Position numbers and translations under genes: made by a program. The notes under the pieces are model-generated. The model was not told the DNA's origin. It searched no databases and saw only the letters and a list, made by a program, of their open reading frames with translations. Below, piece by piece: positions 18,836 through 27,950 of a stretch of 46,817 nucleotides of DNA (positions are counted from its first letter, which is position 1; each line of letters begins with the position of its first letter). The DNA lies in assembly GCA_009699795.1 (NCBI GenBank), contig WLNK01000001.1, forward strand, positions 1 through 46,817, read 5' to 3'. The stretch is from Actinomycetota bacterium. GTDB taxonomy: Bacteria; Actinomycetota; Actinomycetes; Nanopelagicales; Nanopelagicaceae.

Positions 18836-18852
18836 GTGACCTAAGGCAGACT

Positions 18853-19662
18853 ATGCCCATGTCTATTCGCCACTACTCGCCACGACGTAATCGCCGTCGA
18901 GGAATCTCGATGCGGGCAATGACCTTTTTATATGCAGTTCTTGGAATCGCAATTCTTCTTCAAGTTGCATATCCACTCTTAAATGGGGAACCACTACGCT
19001 TCGTCACTATCTCTACGGTTTACTGGGGTGCTGGCGCAATGGCACTTCATGCACTCATGACTTATGGCGCCAGGTACGCCTTTACGTATTTACTTGCAAC
19101 GCTAACTTTTGCATTTGTCATTGAATCCATTGGGGTCACAACTGGTTGGCCATTTGGCGTCTATACATATGATCTTTCTCTTGGAGTTCAATTCTTAAAC
19201 GTCCCACTTGTTGTTCCATTTGCGTGGGTGATGATGGCTCATCCTGTTCTGGTGGCCGCGCGCACAATTACAAAAAACTGGGGATTTTTATATGGCGGTC
19301 TGACTCTGATGGCATGGGACCTTTTCCTTGATCCACAAATGGTTTCTGCGGGGAGATGGACTTGGGAGGTAAAGGGATCCCATGTTCCATTTACTCCAGA
19401 AGTACCTCTTTCTAACGCCTTTGGTTGGTTACTTGCAGGAATGGCACTCATTGCAATCCTTCACGCTATTTTGCCAATTGACCGACGCAAGGTAAGTGCA
19501 TCACTTTTAGCTACAGATATTTTTCTTGGGTGGAGTCTCTTTGCGGGAATTATTTCAAATCTATTTTTCTTTCATAGGCCTGGTATCGCTTTTCTTGGTG
19601 GGCTTATTCTCGGCGCCCTCTTAACTCCATACTTCTTCATTCGCTGGCTCGGCCGCCCATAA
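18853..19662 (+). CDS. cruF: Carotenoid 1,2-hydratase, CruF family
   Basis: ESIGVTTGWPFGVYTY, VPLVVPFAW, WDLFLDP, VPLSNAFGW motifs; start may be ATG 18859. Confidence 0.88.
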   Translation: MPMSIRHYSPRRNRRRGISMRAMTFLYAVLGIAILLQVAYPLLNGEPLRFVTISTVYWGAGAMALHALMTYGARYAFTYLLATLTFAFVIESIGVTTGWPFGVYTYDLSLGVQFLNVPLVVPFAWVMMAHPVLVAARTITKNWGFLYGGLTLMAWDLFLDPQMVSAGRWTWEVKGSHVPFTPEVPLSNAFGWLLAGMALIAILHAILPIDRRKVSASLLATDIFLGWSLFAGIISNLFFFHRPGIAFLGGLILGALLTPYFFIRWLGRP

Positions 19663-19674
19663 TTGCCAAATCTC

Positions 19675-20748
19675 ATGGCGATTCTTCTTTTTTTCATTAA
19701 TGTTTTCTTACTTGCTCTCGCAACACTCAACTTCTTCACACTGCGAAAGCCAACCGACTCGACCGAGACTTCGCTTAAGGTGGATGTTTTAATTCCCGTA
19801 CGTAATGAAGCCGAAAACATCAACGAACTCGTTTTGAGCCTCCAAGCTCAAGTTGGCGTGCCTAGAGCGAAGTTTTATTTCATAGACGACTCTTCAACCG
19901 ATGCCACCGCGTCCATCATCACAACAATGACCGCCAGAGATTCACGATTTAAACTTATTAGCGCCCCAGAACTTCCGACAGGTTGGATTGGTAAGACTTG
20001 GGCGCTTCAGCAAGGATATTTCGCTGCGAATGGAGAAATAGTCGTCACGATTGATGCAGATGTAAGGCTAGAAAAAGATGCATTGGTTAAATCAATAAAT
20101 TTGCTGCAAAGTTCGAATTTGAACTTTATTTCACCCTATCCAAAACAAATCGCAAAGACTTTTTCTGAACGTCTTATTCAACCGATTCTTCAATGGTCTT
20201 GGATGAGCACAGTACCGCTTGTGATAGCAGAACGAAGCTCCCGAACTTCTCTGGCAGTAGCTAATGGTCAGTTCTTTCTTGCAAAGCGTGAAAGCCTGGA
20301 CCTGGTCAATGGATTTAAAAGTAATGCAGATAAAGTTTTGGATGATATTGAATTAGCTAGAGCTCTTATCCAGTCTGGGTGTAAAGGAACCGTCGTAAGT
20401 GGCTCTGATATTGCAACTACTCGAATGTATACATCTTTTACCGAGTTGCGTGCCGGATACGGCAAATCGTTATGGCAAGCATTCGGTGGAAAATTTGGTA
20501 CTACCGTTGCAATTGCCTTTCTTTTTTTCACCGGGATTTATCCGTTTGTTCTATTTTTAAATTTCCATCCTCTAGGACTCTTTGCACTCGAAGCGGTCAT
20601 TGCCGCCAGACTGATAAGCGCAAAAGCTTCGCGCGGTTCGTATTTGGATTCGTTCTTGCATCCATTTTCCTGCGCCTTACTTATTTATCTCATCTTTTTT
20701 TCGTGGAGAAATAGAAAGAGTGCACAGTGGAAGGGTCGCACGGTATGA
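19675..20748 (+). CDS. GT2 carotenoid glycosyltransferase (CruG/CruC/CrtQ-like)
   Basis: IPVRNE, DDSSTD, GWIGK, DAD, ANGQF, DDIELAR; flanking TM helices; carotenoid context. Start may instead be TTG 19663. Confidence 0.85.
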   Translation: MAILLFFINVFLLALATLNFFTLRKPTDSTETSLKVDVLIPVRNEAENINELVLSLQAQVGVPRAKFYFIDDSSTDATASIITTMTARDSRFKLISAPELPTGWIGKTWALQQGYFAANGEIVVTIDADVRLEKDALVKSINLLQSSNLNFISPYPKQIAKTFSERLIQPILQWSWMSTVPLVIAERSSRTSLAVANGQFFLAKRESLDLVNGFKSNADKVLDDIELARALIQSGCKGTVVSGSDIATTRMYTSFTELRAGYGKSLWQAFGGKFGTTVAIAFLFFTGIYPFVLFLNFHPLGLFALEAVIAARLISAKASRGSYLDSFLHPFSCALLIYLIFFSWRNRKSAQWKGRTV

Positions 20749-22268
20749 AAAACGATCATTTTGCCCGCGGCTCTGGAAAAGTTGCAGTCATTGGTGCGGG
20801 TATTGGTGGCATGGCAACAGCTGCCCGTCTTGCAAAAGCCGGATTCGAAGTCTCTGTGTTTGAAGCGTCATCACGGCATGGAGGTAAGTGCCGAACTGAA
20901 TGGATCGGAAAGTTTGCATTCGATACCGGTCCATCACTCTTAACTATCCCTGCTGTTTATCGGGATTTCTTCCAGCGCACAGGTGAAGTGATGGGACGAA
21001 TACTCGATATTTCACCAGTTAATCCATCTTTTGATTACAGATTTAGTGATGGTAAATCAATTAAATTTGAAAATCTCTCACGTAAGAAAACGCTCGCTGC
21101 AATTACCGAGGCCCTTGATAACGAGAGTGCGCTGGAGTGGGATCAGATGATGCGCCGTGCGGAAGCTATGTGGGATGTATCCCGTGAACCATTTATCGAA
21201 TCAGAACTCAATAGTCCTCTCTCGCTCTTAAAGCGCCCAAAACTTCTACGCGATTTTCGAGTAATTGCTCCGTGGAAGTCGCTTCGAAATATTGAAATTA
21301 GGAGTCCCTACCTTCGAAAAATTCTTGACCGCTATGCAACATATAGCGGATCAGATCCTCGAGTGGCTCCTGCTGTACTTTCAACAATCGCATTTATTGA
21401 AGAAGCATTCGGGGCGTGGCACGTCAAAGGTGGTGTTGGAACACTGAGCGATGCTATCTACAAGCGTGCGTGTGACCTTGGTGTCACCTTTGCATTCAAT
21501 ACAAAGGTAAAAGAGATTTCACATAATTCAAGCAAGGTAACTGGCTTGGTGCTCGCTGATGGAGAGAAATTAGAATTCACAAAAATTATTGCTAATGCTG
21601 ATGCGGGAAGTGTTTATAACGAACTAATAAAAGGAAAAGTCAGGAAAATAGCTAAATCTCGAAGAGCCATCGCCAAATCAGAACCGTCGCTAGCGGGGTT
21701 TTCAATCTTGCTCGGGCTTCGACCTGATCCGAATTCAAAAAGACTTGAACACCACACAATTCTTTTTCCCGAAGATTACGATGCTGAATTCATATCGATA
21801 TTCGATAAAAAAATACCTGTCGTTAAACCCACAATCTATATCTGTGCGCCACACGATGAATCAATGGTGAAAGAAAGCGGATATGAAGCTTGGTCTGTCT
21901 TAGTAAATGCGCCGAGGCATGATCCAGATGGGATTAACGGTTTCGACTGGAGCGATGAAAAATTTGCAAAGGGATATGTGGAAGAAATCATTAACCAAAT
22001 TGAAAAGGCTGGAATTTCGGTGCGTTCTCGCATAGAAGTTTTAGAATTTCGCACGCCTCTTGATCTTCAAAATGAAGTCCTGGCTCCTGGTGGTTCAATC
22101 TATGGAACTTCAAGTAATGGAGCCCGTTCAGCATTCTTGCGTGCAAAGAATCGTTCCCCTCTTAAGGGTTTATATCTTGTAGGTGGATCAGCTCATCCAG
22201 GTGGTGGACTTCCACTGGTTGGTTTAAGTGCTGAAATAGTTTCATTAGCCATGCTAGAAAATAAGTGA
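20745..22268 (+). CDS. crtD: CrtI-family desaturase, probable 1-hydroxycarotenoid 3,4-desaturase
   Basis: GAGIGG dinucleotide motif, FDTGPSLLT, RYATYSGSDP, GGSAHPGGGLPLV; ATGA-coupled to the GT. The crtD call is inferred from context, since a separate crtI sits with crtEB. Confidence 0.75.
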   Translation: MKNDHFARGSGKVAVIGAGIGGMATAARLAKAGFEVSVFEASSRHGGKCRTEWIGKFAFDTGPSLLTIPAVYRDFFQRTGEVMGRILDISPVNPSFDYRFSDGKSIKFENLSRKKTLAAITEALDNESALEWDQMMRRAEAMWDVSREPFIESELNSPLSLLKRPKLLRDFRVIAPWKSLRNIEIRSPYLRKILDRYATYSGSDPRVAPAVLSTIAFIEEAFGAWHVKGGVGTLSDAIYKRACDLGVTFAFNTKVKEISHNSSKVTGLVLADGEKLEFTKIIANADAGSVYNELIKGKVRKIAKSRRAIAKSEPSLAGFSILLGLRPDPNSKRLEHHTILFPEDYDAEFISIFDKKIPVVKPTIYICAPHDESMVKESGYEAWSVLVNAPRHDPDGINGFDWSDEKFAKGYVEEIINQIEKAGISVRSRIEVLEFRTPLDLQNEVLAPGGSIYGTSSNGARSAFLRAKNRSPLKGLYLVGGSAHPGGGLPLVGLSAEIVSLAMLENK

Positions 22269-22274
22269 AAGCGA

Positions 22275-22892
22275 CTACTTAAGAGAGGTGTATGCATTTC
22301 TCATTACGAGAAATAAACTCACGCATTGACCAATGAGAAGTAAGTACATCACTGCGTTAGCGCCACTCAGGCCAAGATTTACCGCTATAAGCAAAATAAA
22401 TATTGCACTTGCCCTGACGGGACGCTCTGTTGGGGTCACAACAGTTATTACTGAAAGGCCAAGGGATGCCGCGCGAGCTCGCGCATACTCTTGCGTAGCT
22501 GCCAGTACCCATAAAGAAATTGCAAGCCAGGCTGGAACTCCCACTTGATAAGCAACATATAACCAGAGCGCTTCGGTAACTCGATCTGCGACTGAATCAA
22601 GAGTTGCACCGAAATTACTAGAGCGCCCTTGATAAATTGCAACACTTCCGTCGATGCCATCTGCGGCAAGAGATAGAACGAGTAGTGCTATTGCGAGAAG
22701 GGTGAGAGGGTGCCAAGCCATAAACGCCGCTGTTACTACTCCAAAAAGCGTTAAGAAATTAGGCGAAACCTTTATGGAAGTTAAAACTCTTGCACAGATA
22801 AAGGAAATTGATAGCCAACTTTTAACAATTCCAACAACGTGAGCTTGGCCATGAAGCGCGCTCCATTTGGCGTAGAACACTTCTTTTTGCAT
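22275..22892 (-). CDS. CDP-alcohol phosphatidyltransferase family protein
   Basis: SPNFLT and DGIDGSVA...GATLDSVADR signature; TGATG-coupled to metF. Confidence 0.9.
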   Translation of the reverse strand: MQKEVFYAKWSALHGQAHVVGIVKSWLSISFICARVLTSIKVSPNFLTLFGVVTAAFMAWHPLTLLAIALLVLSLAADGIDGSVAIYQGRSSNFGATLDSVADRVTEALWLYVAYQVGVPAWLAISLWVLAATQEYARARAASLGLSVITVVTPTERPVRASAIFILLIAVNLGLSGANAVMYLLLIGQCVSLFLVMRNAYTSLK

Positions 22893-23761
22893 CACCTGTC
22901 ACCCACTTTGAGGTTTGCGTAGATTTCTCTCGTTGCGTTAGAAGTGTTCATTGTGTAGAAATGCAAACCTGGTACACCAGCATTGAGTAAATCTTGTGAA
23001 AGTTTCGTTGCAACTTCAACCCCAAGTTTGTAAACATCTTCGGGATTGTCTTGAACTTTTTCAAATGCTCCAGATAGTCGACTTGGGATTGGGGTTCCGG
23101 TCAATTCCGACATTCGATTAAGTTGTTTAACATTTGTGACAGGCAAAATCCCAGCGATGATAGGAAGCTTTGAACCTTTAGCCGCCAATTTATCCACGAG
23201 AGATTTCCACTTATCTGCCTCAAAAAAGAATTGCGTTGTCGCAAAACTGGCACCTAACGATTCTTTTCTAATCAATACATCAATATCAATATCAAGATTT
23301 CCATTAGAAGCAGGGTGTCCATCCGGAAATGCTGCAACTCCGATTTCGAAGCCACCAAAATCGGCTGCTAATTTCACCAATTCATCAGCATGGTTTAGAC
23401 CATCTGGCGTTGAAGTCCATGGCGCACGTGGTCCTCCCGTTGGATCTCCGCGCAAAGCTAAAATACTTTTAATCCCAGAACTTTGGTACCGACCCAAAAT
23501 CTCTAGGAGTTCTGACTTGGTTGAACCAACACAAGTCAGATGCGCAACAGTTGGGATATTTGTCCTAGATGTAATTTCAGAGGTAATTTTTATTGTTCGG
23601 TCTCTCGTACTTCCGCCAGCACCGTAAGTGACTGAAATGAAATCCGGTGCAATAGTTTCAAGTGCGGCCATTGCCTTCCAAAGGCGCGCTTCCCCGTCGA
23701 CATCTTTAGGGGGAAAGAACTCAAATGAATACGTAGTTTTCATCGCAGTGCGCTTTTCCAC
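22892..23761 (-). CDS. metF: 5,10-methylenetetrahydrofolate reductase
   Basis: SFEFFPPK, SVTYGAGG, AHLTCV, LALRGDP, TQFFF, LHFYTMN; start GTG 23761 (leaderless) or ATG 23743. Confidence 0.97.
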   Translation of the reverse strand: MEKRTAMKTTYSFEFFPPKDVDGEARLWKAMAALETIAPDFISVTYGAGGSTRDRTIKITSEITSRTNIPTVAHLTCVGSTKSELLEILGRYQSSGIKSILALRGDPTGGPRAPWTSTPDGLNHADELVKLAADFGGFEIGVAAFPDGHPASNGNLDIDIDVLIRKESLGASFATTQFFFEADKWKSLVDKLAAKGSKLPIIAGILPVTNVKQLNRMSELTGTPIPSRLSGAFEKVQDNPEDVYKLGVEVATKLSQDLLNAGVPGLHFYTMNTSNATREIYANLKVGDR

Positions 23762-23783
23762 ACGGTCAGGGTACCGTTGCGTC
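23762..23783. promoter_or_regulatory. Bidirectional leaderless promoter (metF / crtE)
   Basis: TACCGT(23772)-N6-GTG(23784) on +; TACCCT(23773..23768)-N6-GTG(23761) on -; both GTGs are in frame with their genes. Confidence 0.6.
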
Positions 23784-24869
23784 GTGGTCAACGATGCACA
23801 GGGCACGCTTGTTAGGGTCCGGGAAGAGATTCAAGAAGAGCTGAATTCTTATCTGACACTTCAACGCGAATACTTAAGTGGCATCGGCTCTGAATTAATT
23901 CCAGTGTGCGATGCCCTCGAATCCTTTCTACTTGATGGCGGAAAACGATTACGACCGCTCTTTGCCTATGCCGGCTTCTTAGCTACTGACAAAATTCCAA
24001 GCAAAGAAGACATTCGTGCATTTACATCTCTTGAACTATTGCAAGCTTGCGCGCTGATTCATGACGACCTTATGGATAAATCAGATACTCGGCGAGGAAA
24101 GCCAGCAATCCATCGCCACTTTGAAAATCTGCATCAGAGTCAGGCCATGCATGGACTTTCAGAACAATTTGGTGAAGCAGCTGCAGTGCTTCTTGGTGAC
24201 TTGGCGTTGGTGTGGTCAGATCACATGCTGCATACTTCTGGAATTTCAGCGCAGTCTTTGCTCTCAGCTCTAAGTGTTCATGATGAGATGCGCATAGAAC
24301 TCATGGCAGGACAGTATTTAGATGTTCGAGAAGCTGGTGAAAAATATCCAAACGTCGATCGTTCACTTCGAATTGCTCGATATAAATCTGGAAAATACAC
24401 AATCGAACGTCCACTTCATCTCGGAGCTTCTATTGCAATTCCTGATTCAAATGCGAGAAAAAATCTAACGCATCTTTTGAGTTCCTATGGACTTCCACTT
24501 GGAGAGGCATTCCAATTACGTGATGATTTACTCGGAATTTTTGGAGATCCACAAACAACCGGCAAACCTGCAGGCGATGACATTCGTGAAGGTAAGCGAA
24601 CTGTTTTGATGGCTATGACTTTTGATCGTGCCCGAGAAAGTGCCAAAGCAAAACTTTCAGAGCTACTTGGAAATGAAAACTTAAGCCCTTCAAATATAGA
24701 TACGGCTCGCACGCTTATTTCAGAGTCCGGTTCAGTAAAAGTGGTCGAAGATCTCATCGATGGTCTACTTTCCAGCGCGCTAGAAGCTGCATCTTCTGCT
24801 GAAATTGGTTCCTCAGCAAGGCAGTTACTCACACTACTTGCGACATCAGCTATTCATAGGAGTCATTAA
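23784..24869 (+). CDS. crtE: Geranylgeranyl diphosphate synthase (polyprenyl synthetase)
   Basis: GGKRLRP, HDDLMD..RRG, GQYLD, FQLRDD, DDIREGK; start inferred at GTG 23784 because the longer ORF overlaps metF. Confidence 0.92.
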   Translation: MVNDAQGTLVRVREEIQEELNSYLTLQREYLSGIGSELIPVCDALESFLLDGGKRLRPLFAYAGFLATDKIPSKEDIRAFTSLELLQACALIHDDLMDKSDTRRGKPAIHRHFENLHQSQAMHGLSEQFGEAAAVLLGDLALVWSDHMLHTSGISAQSLLSALSVHDEMRIELMAGQYLDVREAGEKYPNVDRSLRIARYKSGKYTIERPLHLGASIAIPDSNARKNLTHLLSSYGLPLGEAFQLRDDLLGIFGDPQTTGKPAGDDIREGKRTVLMAMTFDRARESAKAKLSELLGNENLSPSNIDTARTLISESGSVKVVEDLIDGLLSSALEAASSAEIGSSARQLLTLLATSAIHRSH

Positions 24870-26353
24870 TGACCGCACGCGTTAAAGGACCAACCGATCA
24901 TGTTGTTGTGGTTGGCGCAGGTCTTGCCGGATTAAGCGCCGCGCTTCGACTAGCTGGTGCTGGAAGAAAAGTTACAGTTGTTGAACGTGAAGGCGTTCCT
25001 GGCGGGCGCAATGGGCTACTTAATAAAGATGGATATGCATTCGATACTGGCCCATCTGTTTTAACGATGCCGTCACTCATTAACGATGCCTTTAATTGCG
25101 TCGGCGAAGATATGAAGGATTGGCTCGAACTCATGCCGCTTTCACCTTTGTACAGAGCTTTTTATGCTGATGGAACTCAAATTGATGTCCACGCAAATAC
25201 TGCTCAGATGGAAGAAGAGATTCGTCGCACCGTGAGTGCCGAAGAAGCGCTGGGCTATCGCAAGTATGTGGACTTTGTAACAAAGTTATACAAGTATGAG
25301 ATGAACGATTTTATCGATAGAAATATTGATTCGCCTCTTAACTTGTTAACACCAAACCTGGCAAGACTTATCGCTCTTGGTGGATTTCGCAGGCTTTCGC
25401 CAAAGGTTAATCAATTTCTCAAAGATCCACGCCTGCAAAAGGTTTATTCATTCCAAGCCATGTATGCGGGTGTAAGTCCACAGCAGGCATTGGCAATCTA
25501 CGCAGTGATTGCATATATGGATTCAGTCAACGGGGTCTTCTTCCCCAAAGGAGGAATGCATGCTGTTCCACGAGCACTAGCAGCGGCTGCAGAAAAGCAT
25601 GGCGTCACATTTAAGTACAACACTACGGTGACCAAACTCGATATCGAGAATTCGCGAGTCAAAGCTGTAATGACCAATACAGGCGAACGAATTGCCTGTG
25701 ATGTTGTAGTGATGAACCCAGATTTACCAGTTGTTTGGCGTGATTTGCTCGGAAAAACTCCTGCAAAAATTAAATCTCTACGTTACTCCCCATCGTGTGT
25801 AACCCTCTTAGTGGGTTCTTCCAAAAAGTATGAACATATTGCTCACCACAATATTCACTTCGGCCATTCATGGGACGGCGTCTTTGATGAACTAATCAAT
25901 AAGAAGCAGCTAATGTCCGACCCTTCAGTACTTGTCACAGTTCCAACTCATGACGACAAATCCCTCGCACCTGCAGGTAAAGAGTCTTATTACATTCTCT
26001 TTCCAACGCCAAACCTTGATGCAGATATAGATTGGACCAAACAAGCAGGACCATACCGAGATCAAATGATTAAGACTCTTGAAGATCGCGGATACAACGG
26101 ATTTGGTGCTTCAATCGAAACGGAAGTTATGACTACTCCCCTTGATTGGCAAGCACAGGGAATGGAACGTGGTGCTCCATTTGCAAGTGCGCATACTTTC
26201 TTCCAGACAGGTCCATTTAGACCGCGAAATTTGGCTGCTGGATTTGAAAATGTTGTCTTTGCTGGTTCTGGAACACAACCAGGTGTGGGAGTTCCGATGG
26301 TGTTAATTTCGGGGCGACTTGCTGCTGAAAGAATTGTTGGACCCGTCAAATAA
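24869..26353 (+). CDS. crtI: Phytoene desaturase
   Basis: GAGLAG, FDTGPSVLTMP, FQAMYAG, QTGPFRP, GTQPGVGVPMVLISG; between crtE and crtB. Confidence 0.95.
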   Translation: MTARVKGPTDHVVVVGAGLAGLSAALRLAGAGRKVTVVEREGVPGGRNGLLNKDGYAFDTGPSVLTMPSLINDAFNCVGEDMKDWLELMPLSPLYRAFYADGTQIDVHANTAQMEEEIRRTVSAEEALGYRKYVDFVTKLYKYEMNDFIDRNIDSPLNLLTPNLARLIALGGFRRLSPKVNQFLKDPRLQKVYSFQAMYAGVSPQQALAIYAVIAYMDSVNGVFFPKGGMHAVPRALAAAAEKHGVTFKYNTTVTKLDIENSRVKAVMTNTGERIACDVVVMNPDLPVVWRDLLGKTPAKIKSLRYSPSCVTLLVGSSKKYEHIAHHNIHFGHSWDGVFDELINKKQLMSDPSVLVTVPTHDDKSLAPAGKESYYILFPTPNLDADIDWTKQAGPYRDQMIKTLEDRGYNGFGASIETEVMTTPLDWQAQGMERGAPFASAHTFFQTGPFRPRNLAAGFENVVFAGSGTQPGVGVPMVLISGRLAAERIVGPVK

Positions 26354-27258
26354 TGAATGAACTCGATGCTGCGAAGATTTATGACTTTCGTCTTCGTGAA
26401 TCGTACGCGGAATGTAAAAGGCTCAATGCTTTACACGGAAAGACTTACTACCTAGCCACACTTCTTCTTCCAAAATCTAAGAGACCATTCGTTCATGCAC
26501 TATATGGATTTGCTCGATTTGCAGATGAAATTGTCGATGATTTAGCTTCCACACTTTCTCCTCAAGAAAAAGCAGATGCGCTTTCAAAATGGAGCGCTGG
26601 CGTTCTTTTGGATTTGAAAAATGGGACTAGCCAAGATTCGATTGGCAGAGCTCTCGTTGACACTGCGAAGAGATTTGATATTCCCCATCAACATTTTGTT
26701 GATTTTCTCCATTCAATGACTATGGATCTTACGATTACCGAATATCAAAGTTATGAAGATTTACTCGCATATGTTTACGGTTCTGCTGCAGTGATTGGCT
26801 TAGAAATGGTTCCGGTCCTTGGTTACAGCGATGCGAAAGCTTTTGAGGCGGCGAAAAAACTTGGAATCGCTTTCCAATTAGCTAATTTCATTCGTGATGT
26901 CGGTGAAGACTTAGATCGTGGGCGTGTATATCTGCCCTTGAATGAATTAGCCGAGCATGGAGTCGATCGCCAGATGCTTGAAAGACGAATCCTGACACCG
27001 CAAATTATTAGCGCACTGAAATTTCAGATTGAACGCGTACGAAAGTTGCAAGATGAGGCTGCGCCGGGAATTGAACTCTTGGATAAAACAAGCCGCCCAT
27101 GTATTCGCGCTGCAAGTGAACTTTATTGTGGCATTGTCGATGAAGTCGAAGCCATTGGTTATGACATCTTCAAAAAGCGCGCCAAAACTTCTACTCTTCG
27201 AAGGGCTCGCGTTGCAGGCCGTGCTTATTTGCAAGCAATAAGGGCGCGCATTAGGTAA
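26353..27258 (+). CDS. crtB: Phytoene synthase
   Basis: HGKTYY, ADEIVD, AFQLANFIRDVGEDLDRGRVYLP. Confidence 0.96.
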   Translation: MNELDAAKIYDFRLRESYAECKRLNALHGKTYYLATLLLPKSKRPFVHALYGFARFADEIVDDLASTLSPQEKADALSKWSAGVLLDLKNGTSQDSIGRALVDTAKRFDIPHQHFVDFLHSMTMDLTITEYQSYEDLLAYVYGSAAVIGLEMVPVLGYSDAKAFEAAKKLGIAFQLANFIRDVGEDLDRGRVYLPLNELAEHGVDRQMLERRILTPQIISALKFQIERVRKLQDEAAPGIELLDKTSRPCIRAASELYCGIVDEVEAIGYDIFKKRAKTSTLRRARVAGRAYLQAIRARIR

Positions 27259-27263
27259 AGTTT

Positions 27264-27352
27264 GACTTGCGGGAGCCGAAAATATTTGGCTGAGAGGATC
27301 TGAAATTCAGATCGACCGCTAGACCCGTCCGGTAATGCGGATGCGGAAAGGT
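27264..27352 (+). ncRNA. TPP riboswitch (atypical pyrophosphate-sensor arm)
   Basis: GCGGGAGC...GCTGAGAG, GACCGC, P5 TCCG-GTAATG-CGGA, GGAAAG; immediately upstream of a PnuC-family gene. Confidence 0.85.
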
Positions 27353-27359
27353 AATAAAC

Positions 27360-27950
27360 ATGTCATCAATTCTCTTCACAGCTTGGGGTTACCAAGTCTC
27401 AGTCCTTGAGGCACTTGCTTCAATTACATCCTTTATCGGAGTTGGGCTCGGCGTCACCGCCAAGAGAATCACTTGGCCATGGTGGGCTTTAAGTAGCGCA
27501 CTTTATGGAATCTTTTTTCTACAAGCTAAATTATTTGCAAGTGCAGCACTGCAAATTGTTTTTATCATCGCAGCGGTCTGGGGATGGTTTGGCTGGGAAC
27601 CTAAAGGGGCTAAACCGGGCGCTCTCTCAAATAAGAAACGAGCTCTTTGCATCGCAGCACTCTTTGCATCAACTCTTGCACTTGCTCCACTTTTGAAAAA
27701 CTTGGGAGCTGCCTCAACGACGACAGATTCATTTCTATTCTTTGGTTCGCTCATCGCTCAAATACTGATGGTTTATGAGAAATATGAATCTTGGCCAATC
27801 TGGCTCGTAGTTGACTGTGTTGGCACAATTTTGTATGCCTCTCTTGGTTATTGGTTTACTGCCGCCCTTTATGCAGCCTTTACAGTGATTGCAGCATTTG
27901 GATGGAGCCGTTGGTATGGATCTCATCGCCGCGCTATTAGATCTTTGTAA
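27360..27950 (+). CDS. pnuC: PnuC-family vitamin transporter, probably thiamine-type (PnuT)
   Basis: WPWW, QIVF...WGWFGW, DSF...AQILM, ESWPIWLVVD (WxxWxxxD); substrate inferred from the TPP riboswitch. Confidence 0.9.
   Translation: MSSILFTAWGYQVSVLEALASITSFIGVGLGVTAKRITWPWWALSSALYGIFFLQAKLFASAALQIVFIIAAVWGWFGWEPKGAKPGALSNKKRALCIAALFASTLALAPLLKNLGAASTTTDSFLFFGSLIAQILMVYEKYESWPIWLVVDCVGTILYASLGYWFTAALYAAFTVIAAFGWSRWYGSHRRAIRSL

Noticed and set aside
23628-23783. N-terminal extension of the crtE ORF in the track
   Set aside because: Overlaps metF on the opposite strand and has no prenyltransferase character; GTG 23784 fits better.
23744-23800. Possible SAM/SAH-type riboswitch upstream of metF (CAACGG...CCTG...CGTG on the minus strand)
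   Set aside because: Only a superficial match; the segment is explained by two back-to-back -10 elements and in-frame start codons.
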